Below are positions 50,501-64,000 of a DNA stretch of 64,000 bases, piece by piece. Under the pieces are notes generated by a model. It ran no database searches. It saw only the letters and a program-made list of their open reading frames with translations, and had not been told where the DNA came from. Within the stretch, counting starts at the first letter, position 1. Each line of letters begins with the position of its first letter. Made by a program: the position numbers and the translations under genes. Source of the DNA: Phoronis australis (lineage: Eukaryota > Animalia > Phoronida); NCBI GenBank assembly GCA_002633005.1, contig NMRA01000455.1, positions 110,652 to 174,651 of the forward strand, read 5' to 3'.

Positions 50501-53500
50501 TATTTTGTGAAATAGAAAATTTAATGTACAGTAAGTTGTCCCAACATAACAAAAGTGCATCGAGCGATACCACCGGAGACTTTGTTGAGATTCGGCCTGT
50601 GTTGCAGTCGAAACAAAATGGACATTTTGTGCATCAAAGTTTGGCAAATTTCAGCGCTGTCCGGTTTAACTGGATAACTAAACACATGTGGTGCACGCAT
50701 AATTCCAGCAGTTGTAACTAGATCACTGCAACACTGCACACTCTCCCCTCAATGGTACTTACAGGTCCCTCTGGTGTGTTCCTACTTCCCTGGTCACCTT
50801 CCCAAAATAGCTTTTGTGCCCACGCACAGTACACAGCGCTGGGTTGAAGAAATTTCGTCTTCTGAAATCAAAGAAAAATGCAAAGATTGCCAGTGTAAAT
50901 CAGCTGCTTTTACAAAGCCGCGGAGGATATAAATATGGGCAAATTTAATGTATAAAAATCACTGACTGAGTGCGACGTAATCCGTACTCATAGAAACAAA
51001 AGCTTCCTGTTATTATTAGAAAGTATGATTTCATTAGATCTTCAGTTCTGCAACATTTTTACATATTCTGGTGAACTGTAAATACATTGTGGATCTACAA
51101 ACAATAATGTGCCTGGGGGTCTCCTCATTCACACACCTTATGAAATTGATTAGGGGAATTAAAGCCATTCTGACTCTCACATCGTTACAGAACCAAACAT
51201 GCCAACCGTCAGAGGAATGATATCCAGTTTATTAGTCAATTAAAAGACTCTGCCTTGATTACATTCAGTTCATGACGAAAACTCGACAGCGGCCCACTTG
51301 ACACACCCTGCTCTGACAACACCAGTAGCTCATTACACACAAGAGGGTATCAGTGGCTTTGTCGTGATTTGTAGAGACAAACCCACTTACCTCAGCTGAT
51401 GACTGAATTGGTATTTTCGGGGCAAGTTTGGCAACGACATGAACATTGGCACTCTTCAGCACCGGCCTGAGTACATCGACAGGATTGTGAGTACTGTCGA
51501 TTAGCATCTTATAATCCAGTCCTGCAATATTTAAAGCAGTTTTCTAAATAATGTTCCTTGAATCCATCCTTTGTCAAAAAACAAAATTTTGAACTGGACC
51601 ACTTTCTGTTTCTAAACTCCCCCAACCTGTTACTTACTCAAAACAGAGGTGACTACTGCAGCCAGGGCTCGTCAGAAGCAGTAAATGCTCAAAAATGCGA
51701 GTGGAAAAAGTAAAATACATTGTATAAAATTTACTTGTGAAGCAGACGTTAAGCTTTTTTCATTGTTTAGGTCCCAACTTTTTGCAAGCACAAATCGGGG
51801 AATATAAATGGTAAGTATGCCATCACTTGTCTTTTCGAGTGGACATGTTTAGCTGTGTGCAGCACTGTTAACAATTCATTATATTGCAAATATGGGTAAG
51901 AAGCCATACATAATGAAACAACTACAAATCAGAGCTCAATTTCTTCCCGATTCAAGTTATTTGATTATCTGTGGACTTTGAGAGACTTGACAGTTCATTG
52001 CTTGCCACCATGTTTGGCACATAAAATGACCTCGTGGGTCAACTCAACTCAGTCAGGGTTCCGTTTCATGGAAGTCAGTTAAGGCTTAAGACAAAAATTT
52101 CGTCTCGTGCTACCACTTCAAAATTGCTTAAAAAAGGTTTAGCATTGAAATCGTGAGTGAATCACAGTCTAGAAATAATTGATGGGCATTATCTCAGGGG
52201 GAATCTAGAATTTTGCTGACCGTTATAAATCATGGGTGTTCCTCACACACACAGGCCTTTTGAAATTGACATGCAAGGTCAGTGAAAGCAGCAATTTGTG
52301 AACTGTACTCTAAGTCATACGACTGTACAGTTCAAGTTGGCTTGCGTGAGTTAACAAAGCTAAACAAAAGGTTTACGATCCTGGCTGAGTCAAGATAATT
52401 GTTTTATTACCCCCTATGGATCAGTGCATACCCAAGCCCGGAATGAGTATTACTAGAAATTGTGTCTATAGTCTCAGAGACTACACTTTTGCTCAAGTGA
52501 TTTTCAAAAATAGTTATGTGGAGCGCAAGACCAAATTTCTGTCTCAAGTCTTCAGCCACTTTTTGTCAAACAAAACTCTGGATTCAACATACAACAAACT
52601 ATCAGCTCTTCCAAATACCAGAAATCAACTGAGTAAGGAAAAATTAAGACCAGTTTAGTAACGGTGAGTTGTCTAAATCAAAACTGAGAGTTATTTTTTG
52701 GCACAAGCAATATCAATCCTAGGATAAAGTTTGTTCCAATTGCCTACATAGCCAATTGTCTTTTAAAAACTAAAACGCATTTTTCCAGAAATAATGATCA
52801 GATTTTTTTTGCACAATACAAATTATCCTAGGGTAATAATTAAAAAACATTGTTTCAGGAACAAAAACAGTGTACCGTTATTTCTAAGACTGACCCTGGC
52901 CAGTAATACAACGCAGTGCATTGAATAGTACCTGGAAGAGCTGGTTTGATCTTCTTCAAGAGTTTGACTTGAGTTTCTGGAGACAGTCCACCAATAGGCT
53001 GACTGGTGGAGCCCTCTAGCAGCGAGAAGAAATAAAGCAGTCGTGCGTGGTCTATGCCAGGAATTTCTGGGTAGACATCATTCACCATAGCCAGACAAAA
53101 TTTGTCAGCAATGGAATGTAAACTGTCCAGAATATTCAACGAGTTTATCCTCTTCTCAACTTCGACTGTCGACAATCTACAAGGATTGTATGATTAAAAG
53201 TGTATGACAAAGAGTATTGCAACCAATATAAGAGCAACGCAGAGCGTTGAAATGCGCCCACAATTGCACCGCATACGGTATCCTTCTAGGGTTGTTTATT
53301 GGTACCACAAAGTGGCCAGTAGAGGGCATATATGTAGTATGTTGTACTTAGCAAAATGGAAAGGCATGGTCATTGTCTCCTCAATAGGCTAGGGGCAAAA
53401 TGTGAGTAATCTTCATAATACAAGCACATCCTATACACCAGTTGCTTAAAGCACCACAGAAACATAGAATAAAAACAAATTTACCAACATACGAGATTAG

Positions 53501-56500
53501 CACAGCATTAGAATGCCAGAAACAAATTTCTACTTGGAACTTTTCCTTCATAGTCACGAAGTAACACAAAGTATACACCTGAAGACCTATGAAAATACAG
53601 AGGTCAATGTAAAATACTATAAATTGCCACTAGAGGCAAATACTAAAATTGCCACTAGAGGCATACCGGTAGTCAGAATCATCCTAAAGTCGTCATCGTC
53701 CGTTGTCAACATCACATAAATACACTTGCTAAATTTAGTAAAGATCCTGCAAACGGTTTGGGAGATACAACCATGGGCGCAAAAAAAACAAAACTGCCAC
53801 TAGGAGGTGCCACAGTAGTCCAAATCGTCTGAAAATCATTGTCAGCTGTCTTCCTTATAGTAAGCACATACACGGCAATTTTCACAATCATCCTTTGAGC
53901 GGTTTGATTGATAGAGGGGTGGACGCAAAAATACAGACTCGAAAACAGTAAAAATGGCCACTAGGTGGCGCAAACTATGTCGAATCTATCTGAAAACGGG
54001 AGGATAGCGTCATCTCACTATTAGGTGCCTACATACCAAATTTCATGAAAATCCGTTCAGGACTTTTGAAGATACAAAGGTAAGCGTAAAAAACTAAAAT
54101 TGCCACTAGGGGGCACACCAGTAGTAGGATCCGTCCAAAAGTCGTCATCTTCCGTTGTTAACATCATATAAATATACTTACACAATTTCGTAAAGATCCT
54201 GCGAAAGGTTTAGGAGATATAGCCATAGGCGCAAAAAAAACAAAACAGCCACTAGGAGGCGCCACAGTAGTCGAAATCGTCGGAAAATCATCGTCAACCG
54301 TCCTCTACATAGTAAGCATATACATGCCAATTTTCACAATCATCCTTTGAGCGGTTTGGTTGATAGAGGGGTGGACGCACAAAAACAGACTCGAAAACAC
54401 TAAAAATGGCCACTAGGTGGCGCAAACTATGTCGAATCCATCTGAAAACGGCAGGATAGCGTCATCTCACTAATAGGTGCCTACATACCAAATTAAGTTA
54501 TTATAGCGTTCGGTTCTCTACAAAGTTTCGTGCATCTTTTTCAAGCAGTCCAATGGAAACGCTTGACAAGTAAAGTCTTGGATAATTATTGCAAGTGTTT
54601 ACATTCATTGAGCAATAATTTTAACCTGCAGCAACTCCAGAATTAATGCAATATGTAAAAACTTCAGACTTTATCAGTGGATGAAAGGTTTGACTATCAT
54701 TCTTCACCAAAATGCGAAGCTTTTGATCGCATTATTTTGCAGTATTCAAAAATTGCATAGTATGGCACAACACTGAAGCAGACAGCCCACCCAGAGATGG
54801 ACAATAGGAAAGCAACATGTCACAACTCCCGTTTTGGGCCAATGGGAAAGTGACACATGACAACCCCCGCTACAAGCCAATAGGAAAGTGATAAGTGATA
54901 ACCCACCTGCTGTGAGCCAATAGAAAAGTGACATGCGCCAGGTGAACAGAGGATGGAGGAACATGGTAGAGGTCAGCTAACTGCAGCGCCACCTGGTAGA
55001 TGTCCTCATCTGTTGTCCTGGAAGTATCTGACTCATGAACGCACTGGATATACAAGGTACACACACACACACACACACACACCAACAGACACACATTAAA
55101 CACTATTTTGTACTCACCTACTGTAACTTGGGAGTGGTCAGGAAAAGGTTATTCTTAGCCACTTGCTCCAGAATAAATGATATTTATCTAAACTACCATT
55201 TAAAAAAAATATCTTCGGTGTAAAACTCCCTCAATTATTTTGATAATTAGAAAATGACTGAAATTTTACGGACACACAGCCCAATTTTAATATTGTAACA
55301 AGATTCAATTTCAAACTTTGGTTTCCTTTTTGATAGGTAAACCAAGATTCATATTTCCGTCTAAAATTAAATCAATATCTCTTTCAGACAATGGTCAATT
55401 TTAATTCTTCCATCAGTATTTACATTTTAACAAGATTTGAAAAACATTCGATCAATTGACGTGTACCTGGCAGAAAATACAAAATTGCTATTCGCAGTAT
55501 AGCGATTGCCATGGTAACACTGTAAACCTGCCCAGCAAATGTTGAACATGCTGTTGTGCAACATCCAGTGATATATCACAGAATCACATAGGGCGCTGCG
55601 GTATGTCAGGTTGTGAACATAGCTCTAGTTTGCCATGGCCGAAATTTTGCCATTAACCCGATTTTGCACACCCTCATTTTGGTTGATATGAATTCATATC
55701 AGGCTGAAGATGCATATATTATACTTAATAATGATTAAAAAAAAAACAGTGCAGGTGGTCTGATGTCATTTGCGGTGCATCAGACGTGCACAGGCCTCAT
55801 GGTTGGGCCCATTGCACAAAACACCTGAGCAAAGGCACGAGACCCCAATTATGGCTCCTCGTGAAGAAAGTTTTCAAGTCTGCCAATCATGATTGCTCAG
55901 TAATAAGAAATCAGCCACAACTGACGATAAACCTTGCACCAACAATTATATGAAATGTTAATATTAAAAATCTCTTACGATAAACTATGAGCATTGCCTG
56001 TGCACACCACATTAAATAATCAATAGAGGTAGTACAGGCCTAAGCAATAGAGTTGTGAGACAAATAATACCAGGGAGTGGTTACCTAGCAAGGTCCAATA
56101 TCATCCCATGTTTGTAATCCTCGTCTTTGGAAAATCTTGTAACATCCACATCTGTAAAACAAAAATAACAACAAATGGATAAAAAATTGTTGCAAACATT
56201 TTTAAGTCTGGTCTGTACTTCTTAAATAATTTCTGCCCCGACTGGGACCCAAATCCAGGACCTTCTACTAACGATGCAGACGCTCTAGTTCACTGAGCCA
56301 TCGGGACAACTGGTCGAACACAAAAGCCTTATGCTTGACTGGATGGAAACCATAATATTTACCACAAGATCACTAACAAAGAAGCTGGCTGTATCAAATA
56401 CTGAGAGGTAACGTTAAGATAAAATCTGAAAAACGATTGTTCTCACTTTTCCCATAATGCCTCAAGACAAGCGCCTGAGAGAAATCTGTATCCAGTTGGT

Positions 56501-59500
56501 AATAGTGTTGCAACCATGGCAACAACTTCTCAACCTCTTTCGACGTATGCCCTGACGCTTGTGACAACGTTTCTGAGACAACACTCATTGGCTCAGTGAC
56601 GAAGTACGAGTCTGGAATGCATTCCTTGAGACCAGACTGAATCCAGTGAGTGATCTGCAGAGCATAGTAGTACGCTCTCAGCTGTATGGTGATCTCAGTG
56701 TGCGGGAGCTGGGCAAAGTAATCGTCCACAAGGCTAGAGTCGGACAGTGCCAATAGATAGGACAAACCCAGCAGGGTGTCGTGAGGAAAGATGTCCATCG
56801 CACACTGCATGAACACTGAAAGTAGACACAAATCGTTAACAAATGAATATTGGAAAATGAATAGTGTTTTGAGATTTTATGTTAACGATGAAAACAATGC
56901 AAATGAAATTTATCCACGCTCTTGAAACCGTTGTTTTCCTATGAAATGGAGCTTTCTTTTTCACAAAAAATAGTAAAAACACATTGTCACGTGACTCAAT
57001 TAAAGACAGACTGCTACCAAGTGAAAATCAAATTCTAAGGGCTTTCAATTTTCAGAATATTTAATTATAACTGAGCTAAAATCTACGGTTTTGAGAATAT
57101 TTGGCTTAAAACAACAGACTTGTTGATAAGGCCCAACATACCTAACCTAATTCTGATGCAGAAAAGTATCAGCTATCTTTAAAGTTAGTAACTGATACTT
57201 TACCAAACAATGCCTTGTCACTACTCACACTTTGAACAGTCCTGTTGTTGGTCCCCGAGAGAACCGTCCTCCGTTAGCTTGGCGCTCCTCAACATCATAT
57301 CACATTCGCTGTCACCCCTGGTCTCCATGCAGTGACTGTACAACTCAGACGTCTAAAACATCAGAGATTACATCATGCTTTACGTTCATTGGGAGGTCTT
57401 GTTTAGCTGGTAAACACCTTGTCTTTCAGTCACATTAATGGTGATTGCAATTCACTATTAATTTTGATTCCAGAACTACATTCCTTCAGAGTAATGTTCA
57501 AGATGCCAGCCTGAGGGTTTATCATATTGATTTAGGGGGCCTGGTTACGAACACAAGTAAAACGCCGACATGCCATTTTCAGGGCTTTCACGGAGATTGT
57601 GCTTTGAAAATTGTTGTTATCTCCCCTTACAGTGTTAATTTAGGAGATATGAACGTGAATCTGTCACCACAAAAACGACATAACACAAACTACATCTTCC
57701 TGACTAATATTCACGAGCAAACACATTATTTGCACTCTTTAACACCAAAAATTGTTGTTTTCTGCACAAAAGTTGAAACTGAATTCCGTCCCTTTTTAGC
57801 TTGAAAAGCTGAATTCTTGACCAAAGTGCTTTGGAGTTTAAGAATATTACAATGCTTGTCCACTCTTTGATTACAGCCCATGACTCAGTAACTCAAGTCA
57901 CAGCCAATAATGCATAAAATGCACATTTTTGAATCCTCAATTTAAGAGTTGTGCTTCTTCCATAAACGCAGGGGCATTTTATTGCGTCGTTGATGGTGTC
58001 CATGTTCTTATTGGTAATGGAAATAGAGCCACATCACGGAGAGGCTATTATGAATCCAATTTTATGAGACTAAAATGCGTGATTCAATTCCTGCAGCTGA
58101 ACAGAACGAAATTCAGCTTTTAACGTATGGTGAAAATCAGTTAGAAAAATTGCATTTAACTTTAATTTTGAAAATCGTAAAAGAGAGATTTAGGTGACAA
58201 CTGACTTTTCTACATGAAGATTCTTGTCATTACTTTTAACAATTAAAATAATTATTAATAACAAGCAGTTCATTTTTTCGTTGTAAATGACCCCCCCCCA
58301 CAAGTTTGCAGGTGAGTATGCACGTGGGTATGAATCTTTTCTCTTCATTTCCACATATTTGTAAAAACTGTTTCAAAAAAATTAAAAAACATAATAAAAG
58401 TACCTTGTCCACAAATTCCCCATTCCCCAGGGACTCATAAAAGGGGTGAAGCCTCTGTGTCTCGTACTGATCTGTAACTTTTTCCTCCCCTCTGTGAGTG
58501 AACTTCTCTATGGTTTTTTTCAGCCAAGATGAAATGTTGAGTTTGCTGGAGAGCATGCCAACTTTGGATACGTCTGTCATTTCGGAAGCATTCAAAGACT
58601 CTGTGGTGCATTGTTCTTGAATAATCTGAAATTATATACAAATAAACTACACTGAAATATAGTAAATGAATTTGAAACACTAAAATAATAAATTTGTTTT
58701 TCAGTCCGTGCACCCTATTTCATAAATAGAAAGCAAATGAAACAAAATTTTACTCCATTTTTCCAAATTCATTTGGTAAAATCAACATTGATGGAAAGTC
58801 ACCCAAAAACTGAAGTCAAAAATCTTGTTTATCAAATTAAATCAAACTGCTATAAAGAAGCTTTCAGCCAAAACCGATTAATTTTTACTGGGTACCACTT
58901 ACCGAAAACTAGTTTCAACTTGTTTCTTACTCAGATTAGAAGTAATTTCTGATAGTGCAAAGAATTAACAGTTCGTTATTGTGAGAGACCAAGTTTGGCA
59001 CACAACTGAGTCTTGAACATCAAGGAACTGTGCGCTCTTCCCAAGATGAGAAATCATATCCACTCTTGAGTGAGAAATAACTGTGCGCTCTTCCCAACAT
59101 GAGAAATCATATCTACTCTTGAGTGAGAAATAACTGTGCGCTCTTCCCAAGATGAGAAATCATATCCACTCTTGAGTGAGAAATAACTGTGCGCTCTTCC
59201 CAACATGAGAAATCATATCCACTCTTGAGTGAGAAATAACTGTGCGCTCTTCCCAACATGAGAAATCATATCCACTCTTGAGTGAGAAATAACTGTGCGC
59301 TCTTCCCAAGATGAGAAATCATATCCACTCTTGAGTGAGAAACAACAGTACTGAGGTCACTTTTACTTAATATTTGCTGACTGGTCTGAATCAAAGGTTA
59401 GTTCGTAATCAGAAGGTGCTTTTGTTGCATGGAGCTATACTTATTGATAAATACCATCGACTCGAGGACAAATCTTTCCTTGAGAATATCCAGGATCATA

Positions 59501-62500
59501 TCAGGATGACAGAAGGTGCTGGCAAAGCAGAGCAGGTCAATCCTACGTTGAAGATAAATTTAAGCAATTATTATCAAAAATGGACTGAAACGACAATAGT
59601 TGGATATAACGTACCCAAATTTTGAGAACCAGTTGATGACCATAATTCAGTTTAGAAAAATGGTTCTCAACATGCGGGCACATTATATCTGACCATTATT
59701 CTAAAAACAGAGAGATTTAGAACATAAAGATTCTGTGGTTTGAAGAGACAATATCAGTCTTACGGCAAAAAAAAAGCATTGAATCGGATGGACTTCTTGA
59801 AGTCATTATCTTTGACCAGAGCTACAAAAGAACATTAATCTGTTGTTTTTGTGAATGAGATGTTGTCACAAATCACCTATTCTCACAGTTTTCTGCCAGA
59901 CATTCGCTGAAATCAAAGCCATTGTTACGCTTACAATACTCATGTAATTTATCGAGTCTGATTCAACTCCATCAGCTGAGTCTTAGACCGCAATAACTGT
60001 GAATGCTACAGGCTGTGCCTGAACTCAGAAAATCACCTTTCTCTAGAATTATATCCAGTTGGTTGAATTTCAAACTTACATTTATTTGATATGAGCTTAA
60101 ACGAGTAGAGTCAACCATGCCATGACTGATTGCAACATTACTGTAGTTACCATGGATGACAAAAAGTCACCAAAATTTTGAGACAAATCCTTTGGCAATA
60201 AGAGTACTTGATATTTATGCCATTAGTGATTAACATTTCCTTAAAAAAATTCTTCTAAAATCAGAAAAGGTACATAGTTACATAACACAATAGCAGTATC
60301 AAAAACTTCAAACAAATTTCATTTGATATAAATGTTCAAGATGAAATTTCAAAACGCTACCAAATTATTATTCTGTTTTTGTTTTACACCTTTGATTTTT
60401 TTCATAAAAATCATAAAAGTCCTATTATCTGAGAGCACCTCGTGCAACAATAGAATATTTTAAAATCAATTAATAAGTTACAGCACTTTGGAGAAACTGC
60501 ATAAAGCATATTATGAGAAACTTTCACACTCATGTTGAATCCAAGCAGTCATTTCTAGGATCATACTACCAAGTTCCAAAGTTGGCTAAGTTGACATTTT
60601 TCTAGAGTCCTACAATTGAGTGTGACTCAAGAAGGTGTCCAACTTTGGTTAAACCCAAAACATTGTATCCCAGAAATTGCTGATCAGATTGATATGGAAC
60701 TTTCCGGAACTGGATTTTATGCATCGTTCTCCGAAACAAAAGTTGGACAATATTTATAGGAGCCTACATAACCTTTAACCACTTACTTTGCACTGATGTC
60801 CCTAAATGCCTCCTGGTCAGCTAATTCCTTACAAACAGTCCACGCAGGAGCGTAGTTAGCACTCATTAGGGTTTCACAGTGACGGTAGGCCATCTTATAG
60901 TCGGCATTCTGTAAAAAACCAAGACCCATGATTCATGAGCCAATTATTGTGTCTTAGTTTCGTGAATGCTCATTAATGAACCAAAGGTCAATGACCTCTG
61001 TTAGCCACAGGACCTTTCTCTGACAGAAAAACCGGACAGCATTGATTGCAAGCTGTCAAATTCTCTCTAATTGATATTGACACGGCAGGGCGGCCCAAGA
61101 CAGACACTGGGTTTATAGTAACTAGTGACCTTATTCGTAGATAGCTAAAAATGTTGGAAAAGTGGACTTCAAAAACACAGTTGCAAAAGAAAGTATGGAG
61201 AATAACCAAAAAATGTCACACACAGTAAAAATATGAAATGTTGTACTAAATTTAAATTAAGTTTTACTGTAGTTACAGTGAACTCACAATTCAAATTTAA
61301 TATTAAGTCTAAAATAAACATCAGCGGCGAGGTCCTGTTTCCTCGCAGGATGCAAACCTGTTGAGCTGACTTACCTTGAGTGCTGCCTGGGTGACCAGAA
61401 CCAGAACACTGCCCTCCACATCACTATGACTACCCATGTGCAGCAAGTTGCCCAATTTGACTAGCTGGAAACCAGAAGGAGAATATCATTTGAGTGTTAC
61501 TGGCATTCAGCACAGTCGGGCAGTCAACCTCAAATTGTTAGCTATACCATAACAATTTTTAAACAACCACCATTTTAGAAACATTTTGCTTTCAGCGAAA
61601 AACATGAGTTGGAGCAAATGCCCCTAAGTGATCCCCTTTATACATACCAAAAGGTACAAAGAACAGAAGACGCTCTTGGCTAATTTTTACTTCACAGCAA
61701 ATACCAGTTATTACCAGATGTATTATAACTTGTAGAAAACGGGTTATTATTACCTTTTCGTGCTTCTTGTATGCCTTAGCATTCGTCTCCAGGGCCGTTT
61801 TGATAAGCTGAATGCGGTTGGTTGACAGACGCACTTGAACGGGAAGCACTTTGACGTCAAAGTCATGTAAATAGTCCAGAGAAGTTATTAAGTCCATCTC
61901 TTCCTGAAGTTCAGGGGAAACGTCCGTCATCAGATCAAGACATGTCCTGAAAGAGGATAAGAAAATAACAATTTTTACAAAGCAGCCTATGGGAAACTAG
62001 GTCGCAAGCTGGTCGCATAGAGATCAGTAGATTGGCATACCTACAGTTCACTTTGTCTTTCTTTGTTGTAATAAAGACAATGCAAGCATGTATCGGTAAC
62101 CCTCTGATGTGTGCTCAAGGTATGATATCCATGCGACCTGTACTGTTATATCCAACAAAGATGTAATGAAGGAAACCAATGGCAGGGTCCCATAGGGCAT
62201 AAGCACATTGCATGAACGTTGCAAGTTAAACAATACCTTGCGACTTCCACACGACATCATTTAAAATGGGAAAAAATCAGTGAATTCATACACCAAAACT
62301 TAAAATTTTCAATTCTAAATGTATCACATCTTCTTCCTTTACTTAATGCTTACATTTATAAACAATACTGTGTAATGGATTGGACGTCTCTGTAACAATG
62401 ATTACGCAGCACAGGTCACAAAGTTTTGACTGATTGGTCCGAAACAAGCAGGCGACCAGTCACTAACTGGTTGGAAAATAGTCAACTGCCAGGATAATTT

Positions 62501-63714
62501 TTAGCAGATCACACAGTCAACTGCAAAACTGACTTCATCGCAGGTTTTTGAACATTCCCTTTAAACAAGTCAAGTTGTCACGCCACATTCACATTTTTAT
62601 TGTCATCAGTTTGACTTTATGTTGCTTTACTGCACGCGCAAGAATTACAAAACTATGCCTCAGCATGCGGAGATGATTAGTTTTTTGTTCCAGTTGTTCG
62701 ACCCAAGCGACGACTGCAGTGAAGACTGAGCTGATGACTCCAAGTAGACCGTTGTTTGTCTGGACTGAGTCGGTCAGACAGCCGATCACCGACTCACTGT
62801 CGACTCATAGGACAAGCATTTGTGACCTCAGCCGTAGGAGTAAAATAATATTCAGTGATACAAGCAACTAGACTACAAACTACTAACAACTTATTATTTA
62901 CAGATTGAGACTTATCTAATCACTACCAACTACTCATGACAAATTACTAAAGCCAAGCTACTAAACAATAAATACTACTCTACAGTAATTGCTAAGCACT
63001 ACGTAATAAACTACTAAAATTACTGTCTACTGACGACAGCTGTAACTGACAACTATCTAAAACTTATACTAATTGGTACTACTGATTACTACTTTACTAA
63101 TTTAAAAATTGTAATTGCTAACTTCTAACTACTGCCATCGACTACAAAACCACACCCACACCCACTACCAGCACCACCACCACAACCACAACCACNNNNN
63201 NNNNNNNNNNNNNNNNNNNNNNNNNNNNNNNNNNNNNNNNNNNNNNNNNNNNNNNNNNNNNNNNNNNNNNNNNNNNNNNNNNNNNNNNNNNNNNNNNNNN
63301 NNNNNNNNNNNNNACCACAACCACCACCACCACCACAACCACCATCACAACCACCGCAACCACTACTGCAACCACAACCACTACCACAATTATGCTCAAC
63401 AATACCACCACCACTTCTACTAAAACTAATTACTACTTCCACCTCCACTGCTACTTCTAAAACAACTACAATTAGTAAAATTACTTTGCCATTTCCATGC
63501 AAGGATCTTGTAAATTAGCCGATGAGTTGAGGTACTCTTTGGCCGCTGACAGCACCAGAAATGCAGCCCTCTCATAGGGGATCTCATGCTGGGTAACTGC
63601 CTGAGTGCCCGAGGGTCGCTTCTGGCGAACCACGTCTTTAGATCGACATAACATCTCCCCAGCCAACTTGATGTTGTCATGGTTACCGGAACAAAGAAGA
63701 CTTTCGGCAAAAAT
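38576..63714 (-). CDS. NBAS: NBAS (neuroblastoma-amplified sequence, NRZ tethering complex subunit), last 23 coding exons; the gene continues past the window end
   Basis: Phase-compatible exons: 63714-63485, 61946-61754, 61464-61375, 60908-60787, 59542-59455, 58625-58404, 57352-57229, 56815-56447, 56151-56085, 55017-54907, 53176-52932, 51521-51391, 50861-50763, 49871-49666, 47355-47193, 45911-45769, 44017-43922, 42932-42824, 42645-42559, 42367-42234, 40895-40763, 39716-39588, 38854-38576. Peptides recognised from memory of NBAS: ESLLCSG..NI.LAG, LVLSAAKEYLNSS.NL.D.CM, V.VLPVQVRL, HPFYES, D..L.LSYLLAL, VDVTRF.KDEDYK, VYPEI.G.DHARLLYFF.LLE, GLDYK, KLFWEGD, FDLSRS. Confidence 0.93.
40207..40386. 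repeat. 36-bp minisatellite, 5 copies, in an NBAS intron
   Basis: agttgtgtgaatggacagtttagagggcgctgtgcc. Confidence 0.85.
47750..49120. repeat. Older, diverged array of the same ~150-bp-subunit repeat
   Basis: aaaattgccactaggggg at about 48000 and 48385, ccactaggaggtgccacagtagtc at 48522, aaatggccactaggtgg at about 49035. Confidence 0.7.
53625..54492. repeat. Higher-order tandem repeat (about 451-bp unit made of three ~150-bp subunits), each subunit carrying a CTCF-like motif
   Basis: CCACTAG(G/A)...GGC at 53652, 53797, 53958, 54103, 54249 and 54410. Confidence 0.8.
55059..55082. repeat. (CA)n microsatellite
   Basis: acacacacacacacacacacacac. Confidence 0.9.
56233..56308 (-). mobile_element. 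tRNA-derived SINE head (degenerate)
   Basis: - strand gtcccgatggctcagtgaactagagcgtctgc...ggtcctggatttgggtcccagtcggggca has an A box, a decayed B box and acceptor-stem-like ends. Confidence 0.55.
59026..59343. repeat. 53-bp minisatellite, 6 near-identical copies
   Basis: aactgtgcgctcttcccaa(g/c)atgagaaatcatatccactcttgagtgagaaat at 59026, 59079, 59132, 59185, 59238 and 59291. Confidence 0.9.
63145..63420. repeat. (CAC/CAA)n simple repeat spanning an assembly gap
   Basis: caccac/caacca repeats flank the N run at 63196-63313. Confidence 0.85.
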
Positions 63715-64000
63715 CTGAAATATTATTATAAATTTGTAAGATATTACATCACTGTTTCGCAAGGAAACAGAGTTGGACTTTCGTTTTTCAAATTGTATTC
63801 TTATTAAATGCGTACTTTCTTACCTTCAGAAACAGTTGTTGAGAAGAAAAGAACGGCAACAGTAAGTTAATAACTAACAGTTTTTTGTAATAAGAAGAGC
63901 ATGATAAATGGAGGGAAAAGGAGACGAATATAACTCCTGAGAACACAAAACCGTTACTGGAATTGAGTGCATGTGCCTAATTGTGGAGCTCAGTCGTGTT

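Noticed and set aside
59026-59343. CRISPR-like array
   Set aside because: The units are head-to-tail with no unique spacers, there are no cas genes, and it lies in a eukaryotic intron.
59880-60020. Candidate for the missing NBAS exon
   Set aside because: It has an in-frame stop; the exon at 59542-59455 fits both phase and sequence.
63115-63502. His-, Gly/Cys- and Val-rich ORFs
   Set aside because: These are artefacts of a simple repeat plus the N gap.

Overview
This is AT-rich eukaryotic genomic DNA with GT-AG introns, most likely from an invertebrate animal. The ORF track mostly shows exon fragments. By hand-splicing I reconstructed three genes. (1) A + strand gene, open at its 5' end (12 exons, 1-21628, 609 codons including the stop), encoding PAN/Apple - Cys-rich - CTHRC1-C - fibronectin type II - CTHRC1-C - CTHRC1-C, with no collagen helix in the window. 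(2) A - strand, 4-exon ATP-grasp ligase of the carnosine synthase / L-amino-acid ligase type (about 32725-28411). (3) The last 23 coding exons of NBAS on the - strand (63714-38576). Between the two convergent genes lies a 5'-truncated Penelope-like retroelement (RT + GIY-YIG) with an inverted pLTR, minimal hammerhead ribozymes and a tRNA-Ser-like insert. A further hammerhead-like motif lies just 3' of gene 1. Introns and intergenic DNA carry MITEs (one family with 5-bp TSDs and an internal Pol III-type promoter), minisatellites, and a higher-order repeat with CTCF-consensus motifs about every 150 bp. There is no CRISPR array or other prokaryotic system. All gene models come from manual reading, without database searches.
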